Positions 51,070-64,000 of a stretch of DNA of 64,000 nucleotides are shown one piece after another. The notes under the pieces are model-generated. The model made no database searches, was not told the DNA's origin, and was given only the letters and a program-made list of their open reading frames with translations. This DNA comes from Octopus sinensis (Eukaryota). The stretch covers positions 77,252,001 to 77,316,000 of the forward strand of contig NC_043005.1 in the NCBI RefSeq assembly GCF_006345805.1, in the 5' to 3' direction. Within the stretch, counting starts at the first letter, position 1. Every line of letters begins with the position of its first letter. The position numbers and the translations under genes are program-made.

Positions 51070-51200
51070 CATATATATATATACATATATATACATATAT
51101 ATATACATATATATATATATACATACATATATATATATATATGTATATATATATATGTATATATATATATGTGCCTATATAGACATATACATATATATAT

Positions 51201-51237
<37 letters not shown>

Positions 51238-51289
51238 CTTGAAGAGAGAAAGACAAATATACACAAAGCTAGCTAGCTAGATAGATAGA

Positions 51290-51340
<51 letters not shown>

Positions 51341-51558
51341 ATATATAGATAGAAAAACAGATAGATAGATAGAAACATACATACATACATACATACATAC
51401 ACATACATACATTGACACGTATATGGATAGAAGTATATTCAGACGAATGTATATATGCACGTGCACGTAGATACATGCATGTATATACATCGCTAGGATT
51501 TCTATTTCAAATACTTATGAATACACGTGAGTGGGGGCCTGTGTGCATTATGCCTGCG

Positions 51559-51589
<31 letters not shown>

Positions 51590-51643
51590 GAAATATTAAA
51601 ATAACTAAGTCTCTCTAAAAGAGAACAGCGGCAGCGTTCCCGG

Positions 51644-51952
51644 AAAATAATAGTTATCGCCATACTAATATGGCATTCTTATAAAACTAAGAAAAAAGCT
51701 GTCCGCTTATTAGCTCCATGAGGCCATCGCCTTAAGTTAGCTATTTGATACACAAACTGTATCCATATAACCTTTTAATGTTATAAATTAAATGTGTGGA
51801 GCGACTGACCTCCCTTGTTCGAAGGTTATATGGATACAGTTTGTGTATCAAATAGCTAACTTAAGGCGATGGCCTCATGGAGCTAATAAGCGGACAGCTT
51901 TTTTCTTATTTTTATAAGAATGCCATATTAGTATGGCGATAACTATTATTTT
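51644..51952. repeat. Inverted repeat, 131 bp arms (one mismatch), 47 bp spacer
   Basis: 51644-51774 versus 51822-51952; (TA)n on the right and about 60 bp to the left. Confidence 0.97.
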
Positions 51953-52006
<54 letters not shown>

Positions 52007-52590
52007 CATATATATATATGTATATATACATATATACATATATATACACATATATACATGTATATATGAATGAGAGTATATATGTTATATATGCCCATGT
52101 AAATATATACAACTATGTATACACACACATTTATATAATTAACATAGCTTCGTTATATAACGTTATATGTGTGCATATCACTGCAGGTACGTTAATATAT
52201 GCTTGTGTCTATATTTTTCAGTGCTTAAATAAACTTTATATGATCTTATCTGCATAGTCATGGATACGTGCGCAACACGCTCATATACGTATATGCAAGA
52301 ATATTTGCATAGATAGATAATGTATATGCATACATATATATATATGCATATATCATATATATATTTAGGTATACACACACAAACACACAGACACACACAC
52401 GCACGCACACATATGCATATATTAAGTTAATGTTTATATATAGCATGCTTGAATATGCCTCGTCATTTTTAAGAACGTTGGAGATAGGTCATCTTTTTCG
52501 TTCTTATTCCCTTAACATAATTATATACATACATATATATATATATATATATATTGATATATATATATATAATATATATATATATATAAA

Positions 52591-52647
<57 letters not shown>

Positions 52648-52751
52648 ATATATATATATTAGTGAACGTATAAATTACTATAAATTTATAAATGCTGACT
52701 AGCTGATAAAAATTATTAACATGATTTTATCCTTATTTCTTAGTTTATATG

Positions 52752-52783
<32 letters not shown>

Positions 52784-53401
52784 ATGTGTGTCTATGTGTG
52801 TGTATGCGTGTGTCTGTGTCTGTGTGCGCGTACGCGAGAGTGTATTTATGCGTGTATACATGAATGTATGTTTTGCATGTATATATCAAACTATATGTAT
52901 ATGAACATTCAAAATTTGTTTATGTGCTTGCTCTTGCTTAAATTTCGGATCTAGATTTACTGAGTGTGGAGGAACGCTTGTATCTAAAGAAATGTGCCAT
53001 CTTTCCTCTACGCACAGCTTGTGTCAGTTTGATCCATGTACATATGGCAGGAGATGAATACATACACATGTATTAGTGGTACGGATTACCAAATAAGAAG
53101 AGTTGGTAATTGCAAAAGCAAGATTGTGGAAACATGTAATCATATAGTCATACAGGAACAGGTGATATATAAATATATAATTAAAGTATAGTTTTGAAAT
53201 TTAAAATTTTGCATCCAAACTGTACTTTGCGTATGTCCATAATAGTGTTCCGACAGAACATGTACACCTCTTATGGCTACCTGGCTTCATCCACAATAAA
53301 TGTACATTCGTCACTGGATCTACGTTAAAAAATTCCCGGTGCACGTTGGGTATATTCTAAATGATTGATACGGAAGACAGAATATGCTGGAAACTTTAAT
53401 T

Positions 53402-53476
53402 ATCCCAATGATCGTTTCAGAATTATTGAACACTGCTCCCTTGTGGGTACAGTGCAGAAATGCCTCATCAGGTGAC
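53402..53476 (-). ncRNA. Type I hammerhead remnant (core CTGATGA intact; stems II, III and I mutated)
   Basis: GTCAC-CTGATGA-GGCA...TTCT-GAAA-C(GATC)A-TT-GGGAT. Confidence 0.55.
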
Positions 53477-53652
53477 ATAACAGTATTCCAAGTTACATAA
53501 GGGACATTTCGCTCAAAGGCTTAATAAGATGATGTTAGTGCGAATCGCGTCTCAAATACATTTATGATGAATGAAGAAACGTGAGTACTACCAACATCAT
53601 CTAGCTAAGGCAATGACCGGAATATCACTTATGTAACTTGGAATTCTATTAT

Positions 53653-53753
53653 GTCACCTGATAAAGCATTTCTGCACTGTGAGATGGAGGGCATTAGAAT
53701 TCCTTATATCACTAGGGAGCAGTGCTGAATTATGCCGAAACGATCGTTGTGAT
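53653..53753 (+). ncRNA. Type I hammerhead remnant (G8 and G10.1 mutated; remainder intact)
   Basis: GTCAC-CTGATAA-AGCA...TGCC-GAAA-C(GATC)G-TT-GTGAT; palindromic AACGATCGTT. Confidence 0.6.
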
Positions 53754-53968
53754 AAACAGAATTTCCAGTATACTGTCTTCCATATCAATTATTTAGAACA
53801 TATACATACATACTTATATATATATATATGAATGCATATAAATATATGCACAGGCATACAAACACCACACGCACATACGAATATATATGTTTGTTTATGT
53901 GTGCGTGTGTGTGCTTGCTATTTTTCCCACTTTGTTTAACACACATGTACCTGTGTGTATATACAAGT

Positions 53969-54000
<32 letters not shown>

Positions 54001-54122
54001 GTGTGTGTGTATGTATGTGTGTGTATAAGCAAACATAAACTGGGAGAGCAAGAGAAAGAGAGAGAGGGTAGTTAAGTGATTATATATGTTAATAAATACT
54101 AACTTAACCACTCTCTCACTTC

Positions 54123-54174
<52 letters not shown>

Positions 54175-54822
54175 GTGTGTGTGTAGTTATATAACTTATC
54201 TTTATGATATAGGTAAGCTATTTATTAAATTATATATGGTAATACGTATTTAGCTGTATTTTAATGTTTAAGACACTAGAAATAGAATACTCGTCTTAAA
54301 TGTGAGGAATCACAATTGGGATATAGTTCTGCTTCATTCTGCTTCGTTGCAATGAGAAAGATATATGTCCTCTAGTTGAACTTTTCTTTTATTGCTCAGT
54401 CAGAGAAAGAAGAGCCTCGAGTATGAGATTTTAAGTGTCGCCAAAACTAGTCAGGGGAACGCGCAGAAGAAACCATAATTTATTTGTTATTGAAGAAGAA
54501 AGACCAACAAAATATTGCGTTATCCTTTAATCGCGGACCTAGTCGGAATGCTTCCAACATAATGATCTCAATTAGCCAGGCAGTTTTATTATATTAGCCT
54601 ATAGATTAAGTAATTAATTAATCACGATTATTTATTAATGTAAATTTGATAATGATTACAAGTGAAGGATTTACATGTAATAATTAGCTTGTGATTTTGC
54701 ACGTTGGCAAATATTTGAGATGGTAGTTATGTTTATGTGAGTGTACGTATATTTGTGTGTACTTTTGTATCATGCTTGTCCGCTTCTCTCTCTTCTCTTT
54801 CTGTCTCTCTGTCTCTCTCTCT

Positions 54823-54872
<50 letters not shown>

Positions 54873-55005
54873 GATCGCAGTGGGAGACATTTTACTTTCA
54901 TTAAATTTCAAATAGAATTTATTACGTGGTATGGATGCTATTTTAAAAAGAAACGAATTACGTTTTTAATTTCACAAACACACATCATTTCATAAATTAT
55001 ATATG

Positions 55006-55082
<77 letters not shown>

Positions 55083-55599
55083 TATATATATGTTTATATA
55101 TGAATATAGACATATATATATATACACATACACACACACACGCATACACACATAAATATATATGCCATGGTATAGAAGAAATTTTCAAAAGGAAAGACTT
55201 CCATATTCAATTTCATAGACATACACGCACAAACCCATTCACACATATACAGCAAGTTGCATTTATGAAAGATAGCATTTCCAAAAAAAAAAAAAAAGAA
55301 AAATAAATCATTTAATATCTAACATTTAAGAGCAGATTTGCTGTTCTCTATAATTAATGAAACTGTCATTTATATAATGACACAGGTGTATTACTTTCTT
55401 AATATGAAGCGGCATAAATATAGGAAATAATTCTGTTTTAGAATATGTGAGAGAATGCCTTTGACACTGTATGTATATCTCTGTGTGTGTATTTGTGTTT
55501 GTGCGTGCGTGTGTGCGTGTGTGTGTGTGTGTGGTTGCATGATATATATGAATCTATGTATGTCTATGTATAAATATATTCATATGTGTATATATGAGT

Positions 55600-55621
55600 G
55601 TGCATGTATATATATATATAT

Positions 55622-55669
<48 letters not shown>

Positions 55670-55706
55670 TAAATAGATAGATAGATAGATAGATAGATAG
55701 ATTGAG

Positions 55707-55801
<95 letters not shown>

Positions 55802-55850
55802 CAAATAAACAGATAGACAGACAGGCAGACAGATAGATAGAGAAACATAA
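55600..55850. repeat. (TA)n/(AG)n/(ATAG)n compound microsatellite
   Basis: Direct reading. Confidence 0.95.
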
Positions 55851-56942
55851 ATATATACACGTATGTATATGTAGACATATATATGTATGTATATGTATTT
55901 GTGCATGTGTTTATACAGATATGTATATATATTTACATACACCCAAACATGTACATACATAAACACACACACACACATACATACATGAACACACATACAT
56001 ACATACGTGTATATTGAATCTTTCCAATGAATACATATCTGAGAGTTAAGAATGGCCTCTGTTTACGTTTACAGACACATTGCAATTGCGTAAAGCCAAA
56101 CACACACACACACACACACACACGCGCACACATATGTGTGTGTGTGTCTATGTATGTATACGTATACGTTCATATGTCTATATATGCATGCACACGCGTA
56201 CGCATATACATAGGTATCCGTACACGTGTTACGCACGCGCAAATATAAATGGCATCGCGTGTGTAGATGTTATTACATTAATGTTTTACATATTTTGACA
56301 GTAAATTTGACAGTATTTGACAGATTGTACCTATAATCTACTGATCAGGCGTGCTCTTTCTGATTTTATGACACCCAATACCTAAGATTGGCACTCGTTA
56401 CTAATCACGTAATATATATTTGGTACAACGCTGAAGCTTTCAGACAGAGAGGAATAAATGCAGATTTTTTCAACTGTTCGGCAGAGAAAAATAGTTTTTT
56501 ACAAAATTCTTTAAAATTATGTTGGCATCTTTTGCGTAACTGATTTCGATAATTATGTTTCGGTACTTTTATGTTTTTCTGGCCATTGTTGTACTTGGTC
56601 TGTTATGCTTTAATTTTCTCGGTGTTTTCACAAGGACATTACGCAAACACTCATTCAAATTATGCCTTCAGCATCACATCAGGTTCTTATTTTTGTCTTC
56701 TTCGAATGATCTATCCAGCAGATTACATAATGTTCTAGCCACGATATCATGTCTCTAGAAATAATCAAGTTGTGTTAGCTCTAGGTAATGTCTGCATATA
56801 CACGCATGCATACGGTAATATATATGTGTATATATATATTTGCGTGTTTGTGTCTGCTTCTGTGCGTGTCTGTACACACACATACACACACACTCACACG
56901 CACACATGCACACATATATATATAAACATGTATATATAGATG

Positions 56943-56978
<36 letters not shown>

Positions 56979-56993
56979 CATAAATATATATAT

Positions 56994-57027
<34 letters not shown>

Positions 57028-57074
57028 CCTAATATGTATATTCTATATATTTAATATATATACATAGAGTGAGC

Positions 57075-57121
<47 letters not shown>

Positions 57122-57539
57122 TATTCTATATATATGTGTGTGTGTGTATGTATATATATTTGTAGATATTATATATATTATATATGTGATATATGCATGC
57201 ATGTATACACGCGGTCTCATACATCTTAAGATTTTCCAGTGTATATACATTTACTGGTAATCAAGAATATCTTCGTTGCTATCTCGCTTAACATTGTATG
57301 AAAAGCCAGATTTGTGTACGCATGTACGAAATTGCGTAAAGATACATGTGTGCGTGTATGTATGTGAGTAAGTATGCATGTATATATTTATTGATACGAT
57401 AAATATGCATATTACACGTAGGCGCTGGCATGGATGACATTACACATGTGGATCGTATTACTAGAAGTAATGCCTGAAATCAGTTTTCTTAGGCAACATA
57501 TCTATGATATAATGGCATGAAATGAAAATTCTTACGAAT

Positions 57540-59100
57540 AGATCTGTTGGGTGCCGCGTATGTTTCCGCTTACCCAACCAAATTATTTGAGACTAACACC
57601 ATCTTTATGAACACCGCGACCAATATTTTAAACTTTGCCTTTAATAGAGTTATAAACCGGAAAAGTATCTATTACGCCCCCTTCCCAACTTGTTGGCATT
57701 GTACTTCAGTTATGCTACTGTCTACCAACTGACGGAACTTGAAATTTTCCGTGTTGCTGCCATTTGTAGTATACATTTGCCAAGTCATAACCGAATAAGT
57801 CTGGCATGTGTTTGTAAAAATTCATCGTCCAGACCACCTAAACTGGGCAATTTTCCCTACGAGCAAACAGTCACCGCCGTCAGTATATCAACTACCATTA
57901 ATGACTTTTTGTAGTAGCTTGCACCTTCTGTTGGGAGCCGTTGGAGGCATTTGAGATAACCACTAAAGTATACGGATGCGCAGTGGCCCAGAGGTTAGGG
58001 CAGCAGACTCACGGACTGAAGATCGCGGTTTCGATTCCCAGAGCGGGCGTTGTGTTTGTTTATTGAGCGAAAACACCTAAAAGCTCCACGAGGCTCCGGC
58101 ATGGAGTGGTGGTGACCCCTGTTGTACTCTTACGCCACAACTTTCTTTCACTCTCTCTTCCTGCTTCTTGAGTAACACTGCGATGGACTGGCTACAGAAA
58201 CCGGGAAACCGGGTCATGAGCCTGGCTAGGCTTGAAAAGGGCGACGTTTATCGTTAATAAAGCATACTACCATCTCCGACCGATCGCTTTCTTCGAGCAT
58301 CCCTAGTGTATCAAAGACTGAATTGCAGCTTTCGCTTCCTGTTGACACCGAGTTTAAGTGCACGTATCTTTGCTCTAGCAAATTAGCCTTCTTATTTGGT
58401 CAAAAGCCATTCCCGTCGCTAACACGACGGTCATATGCATTTCTGAATTATTTCTTCAACTTTCTCACTAGTATCCTGCCTAATCTATTTCTCTCTGTCG
58501 TTATTTCTTCCCTAAAGAGTCTCTATTTCTCTCTGCTACAATTTCCCCAACCACCCTCTTTACGGTAAGTCACCACTTCTCTTTATGACAACCCCGGTCA
58601 ACTGATGCATTACGAGATCGCGCCGGTGAAGACAAGTTCAGTTTTCAGAAGCCAGGTCCCAGTCTATGCAAGTTTGTAAGCGCCCAACATTATAACTCAC
58701 TGTTGATACAACGAAAATTCTATCAAGGTACAATCTCTACGTTGTACTAAGAGCACTCTGTTTCCACATTGGCACAATACAGATATCTTTCAGGTTGTTA
58801 GAAATGCCTGAAAGTTTCTGAAAACGTTTCACCTTACCGTCTAGGCTAAATCCAATGATCCCACTCTGAATCTAAAATTCAGTTTCTACCTTTCCGCCCC
58901 AATACTAAAGAGAAGATCCTGTATACTAAACTTGAAGTAATTTTGGCCGTTCTAACCAACAAGGGCGTAAATGGTTACTAGTCTGAATGCATTGCCTTTA
59001 CTGCTACTCACATCCAGCAGCGCCAGATTACCGTTCCGAAAGATCGTCCTTACCTCATGTTTCAACCTTTTCCAAATTAACAGATGTTCTCGATCCTGAT
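57540..59100 (-). mobile_element. L1/Tx1-clade LINE ORF2 remnant (APE endonuclease to start of RT), interrupted by a SINE
   Basis: Minus-strand peptides AFRLVTIYA (about 58975), RLYLDRIF (about 58725), MPDLFGYDLANVYYKWQQHG (about 57780), ITLLKAKFKIL (about 57640). Confidence 0.7.
57974..58246 (+). mobile_element. SINE family C head with the GAAACCGGGAAACCGG tail
   Basis: Matches the 24339-24590 type. Confidence 0.75.
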
Positions 59101-59609
59101 AGGCCACAAGATGAGTACGTATCATATCGTCAAAAATGGTTCGATTGTGTGCGTTCCTGAAATTTTTATTTCAATGATAGCTACAGTATTCTTGCCTTAA
59201 GACTTGAAGTCATTGACTAAATTACCTTTTAGTAAAAAGGTAATTTAGTCAAGAGCACTGTTGTGGTTAGTCCACATTACACTGTAAGGAGTATAGGGCC
59301 GGTTTCCCAGTTTCTCTGACGTATATACTGTTATACTGAAGGTAAAACTCAAAGTAATGGTTATGCTATCTTAGGTAACAGCAATTAGCCACAGGATGGT
59401 GCATCAGTGCTACGGTTTTGTTGTCATCCACTCACTGCAAATAGCTGACAGGCAGATGAAAGCTTCTTAACATTCCATGCATCTTTCTGAGAGAATTTTT
59501 CGTTTAGATAATTGAAAAAATGTTTCTTACATGTAACACTGTCATTAAATAATGTAAAATACATATCAGATGTTAGTTATGTATGCTGGAGAAGGAGATA
59601 TAATGAGAT

Positions 59610-60415
59610 GATGTAACCTCTCCACATAACTGTCTCGGTTTCACACACGCGAAAAGCAGATAAGACATATATCTCAAAAAAAAGTAATCGATGTTGACTA
59701 CGTTGATGGTTTAGCCTTGTTCTCTGATACAATATCAAACACCAACCTATTTTCTCATGGTCTACAATTAGCTGCACGTGATATTGGACTACTTATTATT
59801 TGTAGTAAAACCAAATGCATTGCTCCCATCTGTCAGGTTAATGGTTTCACTTATCTCGGTTCAGAAATAATCTCAACTGGAAAGGTTGTAAAAACCGAAC
59901 AGCCAAAGTATGGTCGTCCCTAAACAAACTGGATGTTGCAAATCATCCCTGTCAGACAACCAACAGAGTGATTGTTTCCGTACAACGGTAGAGTCAGTCC
60001 TTTTAAAAGGAGCAACATCACACATGCTTACCAAAAAAACTGGAATCCGAGTTCGGTGGAACTCACACCTGATTGTTAAGAGCAGTCTTAAACATATCTT
60101 GGAGAACTTATTCCACAAAAAAAAGAGCCAGCTGTTTAGAGATTTCCTGCCTGTTTCCACCATTGGAAGAGAAAGGTGCTTGTATTTTGCAGGACATTGC
60201 TGGTGAGCTAAACAAGACCTGGCAAATGAGATACCGCTACAGATGCCAAAGCATGGCCGTACTTGTGCTAGTCGTCCGAACACGGTGTATGTCTCTCACC
60301 AGAGACACTAGATTCCTCCCTAAAGAATTCCTTCAATAAATGCAGAACCGAAATGGATGCCGTGTGCGGATTAAAAATGTCCAAGCAAGTTCGACCAGAT
60401 GATAATAAACCAAAT
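59610..60415 (+). mobile_element. RTE-clade LINE 3' remnant (RT C-terminal part)
   Basis: DVDYVDGLALFSD (YADD-like), SKTK, FTYLGSEI, VESVLLKG, MLRAVLNISW, FAGHCW in successive frames. Confidence 0.8.
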
Positions 60416-61819
60416 CTGTGCTTTGCGGGTTCCTGCTTATCTTATTCCACGTTCTAGTTTAAAGTGAATAAAACTAGGAGCAAATGTAATTAATCTTTTA
60501 CGGCATTGGAAATAACTAATGATGAATGGCGTAAAGTTACAGAGTGCAAAGCTTTTCAATCTCCGTGGGTTCAAGGCTTAGGTTACAGAGGTGTAGTAGA
60601 AATCAGTGGACCGAGTATATACGTGGGGAATGTGTAGTTTATGCAGCATTAACATGCGACAATAGCTTGATTCGCATGTCTTGTACCTAAACGGTAAAGA
60701 GCCGCTGTATAATGACGTTGATTAGCAAGTCAGAACAGATGAAGCTGAGACGCAAAATAAGCACAGAAAAAAAAAAACAAAGTTATCAGCAAAAGAAATC
60801 GACTTTTAGCATTTTGAATATGGATAGCTGATGATAATGGATTCAAATCCAAATATAGAGAGCGATGTAAATCAAAAGACGAATTTAAAATGCACTCAGG
60901 TATTATAACATTATGTAAGGAGTAGAGGAAGAAAATATATAAACAAACTTCCCTTTTACAATATTCTAAACAAGCACTTTTAAAATTTTTAGGGAATTTT
61001 TTTGGTATGTGTTGATGCAAGTCAATAATTTCAAAAACAAAAATAAGAAGGAATATTGCTTCCATTTAATTTAATTTCTTCTTTATTGATATCGATTTTT
61101 ATACGAATTTTTTTGAAGCTATTTCAGATTATTTATTTTTGCTTATTTTTAAAATCTAGATTCCATCGACAATTTTTCATGTACACACACACATGTACAC
61201 ACACGCATACACGCACACATACAAACACCCACACATATACACACACACATTTTAAACGTGTGTGTCTATACTCACGCATGTGCGCATATCCAAATGCCTT
61301 GCTGTCAATACGACAGTATTATCCGCTGTAATTGGGATCTGCATTTACAAACACTCACACACACATACACGCAAATGTACACACTTAGCCACACATATGT
61401 ATATTTATATACATCGTAGGTTATAAAGCATATATCTCCTCTTCAGGACATATCATACTTAGTCTTAGCGAGGCATTTTACTTTTTCATGGAAGTGCTCA
61501 ACAGATGTCTATGTAAATCCTAAATTCTTTGGGACTACGACATTAAACCTGCATAGTGGAAGAACAATGGAGCCAGCTTCTGATACACAACATAAGCAAA
61601 ACACACATGAAAATATTCATGAATATGTCCTCTGCTATAGAAGGTTTATTCTGTCCTTTTTCTTACTTTTTATTTTTTATTTTGATAACTTATCTCTCGT
61701 CCAGAGGTGTATACAATATAATTTCACTGCAACCAGTAATATAAAGCTGTGCAGCTTTTGTATACATTGTCTTACTTACACTTTCCATGTAGTTGGGTAT
61801 GACATTTTAGTTGTTTAAT

Positions 61820-63300
61820 CCGAAGACAGATCTTTGGCCGTGACTTTTGTTGGCCGTCCAACGTTACAGAAATTTATGTGGTTGATATTTAGGCTGATAT
61901 TTAGCTTGCATTCAGAACTGCTAGATGAACGTTGGTGGAACTGAAAGCTATTAACGTTGTGGACAAGGAATATTGAATTAATCAAACGAAAGAGCTCTGG
62001 TCGTTACCAACACCTTTCCAGACTAGAGAGATTGATGCGGCTTATTCTACCAATAGGGAAGAAGTAGGTAGAAGGGTGTTGAAAAATATTGAGGTTTTGA
62101 CCAGGAAATACTGTAACAATTGTAAGTGTGGGACCTGGAGGTGAGACACATTACGAGTGATAACATCAGGATACGAGGTTGTGTCGAGTTGCACGGTCAG
62201 TTTACCGTTTCCGAGAAGCAGAGTTTGATGTAGCTGAACAGACTGGAGAAAGAAATTTTGCTGATTGTTTGTGTGTGTTTGTTTTTATTTTAAGCAGCCA
62301 TCTCATAGATGTGTAAACGGTGACTAATGTAGGTCTTATTTGTGTTTTATAGTGTCTACATTAACTAAGAGCTAAATTAGTGCCTTGTTCTGAAGGAGAC
62401 TAGTTGTTAGGATGTAATTTATGTTAAGAATACAAGATCACCCTGTGAGATCACCCAACGACTGGGGAACCTAATAAGGTTTTTAATGGTGCATTGCTCA
62501 AATTTAGAGATATTAGGTTCCAAAATTATTTCCTTGTTGTGTGCAGTTGACGGGTTATTAATACTGGTTTCAAATCTTAGCACAAGGTAAGTAATTTCGT
62601 GGGAGGGTGTAATCAATTACAATGACCCCAATGCTCAAATGGTTCTTATTTTATCAGCCTCGAAATCGACCACGGCGGCATTTGAACTCAGAACGTAAAG
62701 TTGGAAAAAATGCCGCTAATCAATTGTATTTTGACAGTTGTTATTGTCATTTTTACATCATGGTTCTGATTTACGAACAAAAGTGAAAGACTGCACATAC
62801 GAAAGGTCGTATTATTTAAGCCGTCCTTTTGTATTTTTTAAGAAGTTTGGTTGTGGTTTGAGGAAGACTTGACCACTATTTCTAGCCGGTCGCATAAACA
62901 TGTTGACTCAACACTGCATATCTCTGAATGTTAACGTTATTGTTGCTCGGCTGTAATCAAGTGAGTTTACAAATGTTTAAAGGATAACGATCGGAAGATA
63001 CAAGAATAAAGCAATGAGCTGGGCTGGTTGGAGGGATTGAGTGAAGTATTCAGAATAGACTCAAGGTTGATGCGAGAGAAGTGATGATTGACTTGAGAAG
63101 GGCGCTGGATCACGATTTCAGGATTCGTCATATCGTGTCTTGTTATCAGCGTTGAGAGTATTTTATTTTGTTGGGTATCCCTACAAGACTTAAACATTCT
63201 TACGGGTGAAATCTATTACACCAGACCTGCAGTATACCTTGTAAGATATGTATCTGCTAGTTCTTCTTAGTACAGAAACCGTGAGATAGATTTTAAGTAA
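61820..63300 (-). mobile_element. Highly decayed Penelope-like element (RT thumb, possible GIY-YIG region, terminal motif), with a family B SINE at about 62530-62720
   Basis: Minus-strand GYP..NA..R..PF pattern near 63100-63190, LNINHINF near the end, then a decayed GGCC..GGCC-AAAG-ATCT-GTC hammerhead-like skeleton. Confidence 0.35.
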
Positions 63301-64000
63301 TGGGAAATCATAGATTGGAGTTTTATGTTCAGATGAGTACAGACAGTATTAATGTAGTTAGTTATTAATATTGGTATTTTGTAGTCCTAGGTTAAATTTC
63401 ACCCAGCATATAGCTATCTTGAAAAACAGTTCAGCCATACTAGCATTTTTTTCTGTGAATACATAGCCTTATACGTGTTTCGTTCATTAAGATGATAAAA
63501 TGGAATTTGAGAGGAAATTTCTTTGTAGCAAGTCATCACGGAGAAGATGCATCACACGTTAGCTCGGAATACACTTAATTGTTAAATAGCCCTCATATAT
63601 GATAGAAAGCTTACCGACCGTAATCTTCCTATCTGTCATTCACATACAGAATCTTTTGTGTAACATTTATTGTAGCGTTAACAAGCCCGTGTATGATATG
63701 AGGAATAGCTGGGAACGATTTCTAGCAGGCCGAGCGATCATAAGTAGAACCACGTCTTTGGCTCGCTCTATATACTTCATTTACGCGAGATGTTTGAAGA
63801 ACAGACCCAGCATAATAGCGTTGCCAAGGTGGCTTCGAACAAAAGATTCCCAGTAAATGTTTACACAATCATATACAAATCAAGTTAATAGCTGAGGTCA
63901 GTGAGCCATAATTTCTTAGTTATGACCGTAGAATTAAATTGCGTTAAGATATGAACTACTTTCCGACCCTAGCACTGATCTTTGACATTTTAGAGAACGA

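Larger units (their letters stand above)
53355..53798. repeat. Older inverted repeat, ~155-180 bp arms, ~105 bp spacer, each arm with a hammerhead motif
   Basis: 53355-53511 versus 53618-53798. Confidence 0.9.

Noticed and set aside
51710-51745. TAGCT-CCATGA-GGC(CATC)GCC-TTAAGTT-AGCTA as a hammerhead
   Set aside because: The shape is similar but the catalytic nucleotides are missing, and it lies in the opposite orientation to the motifs in the other fold-backs.

Overview
AT-rich eukaryotic intronic or intergenic DNA, dominated by repeats. The SINE families and microsatellite load look like an octopus (coleoid cephalopod) genome; this is inferred from remembered repeat motifs, not from a search. 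The only confident functional gene is tRNA-Leu(TAA) at 753-835. No host protein-coding gene can be firmly called: there are two weak exon candidates, and nearly all listed ORFs are microsatellite or antisense-repeat artefacts. The rest is a nested patchwork of at least five Pol III-type SINE families (my labels A-E) and decayed retroelements: Penelope-like (PLE), R4/Dong, L1/Tx1 and RTE. It also holds mariner remnants, MITEs and long (TA)n, (TACA)n, (TAGA)n, (AAT)n and (AAG)n tracts. The most notable signal is a set of minimal type I hammerhead-ribozyme motifs. One is intact with a U3:A8 core swap, two lie head-to-head in an inverted repeat, and one forms the tail of a tRNA-headed SINE. Several are tied to five fold-back elements sitting in (TA)n tracts. 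This suggests a Penelope-driven system of ribozyme-carrying fold-back inserts and SINEs. Ribozyme activity and family names are untested inferences.
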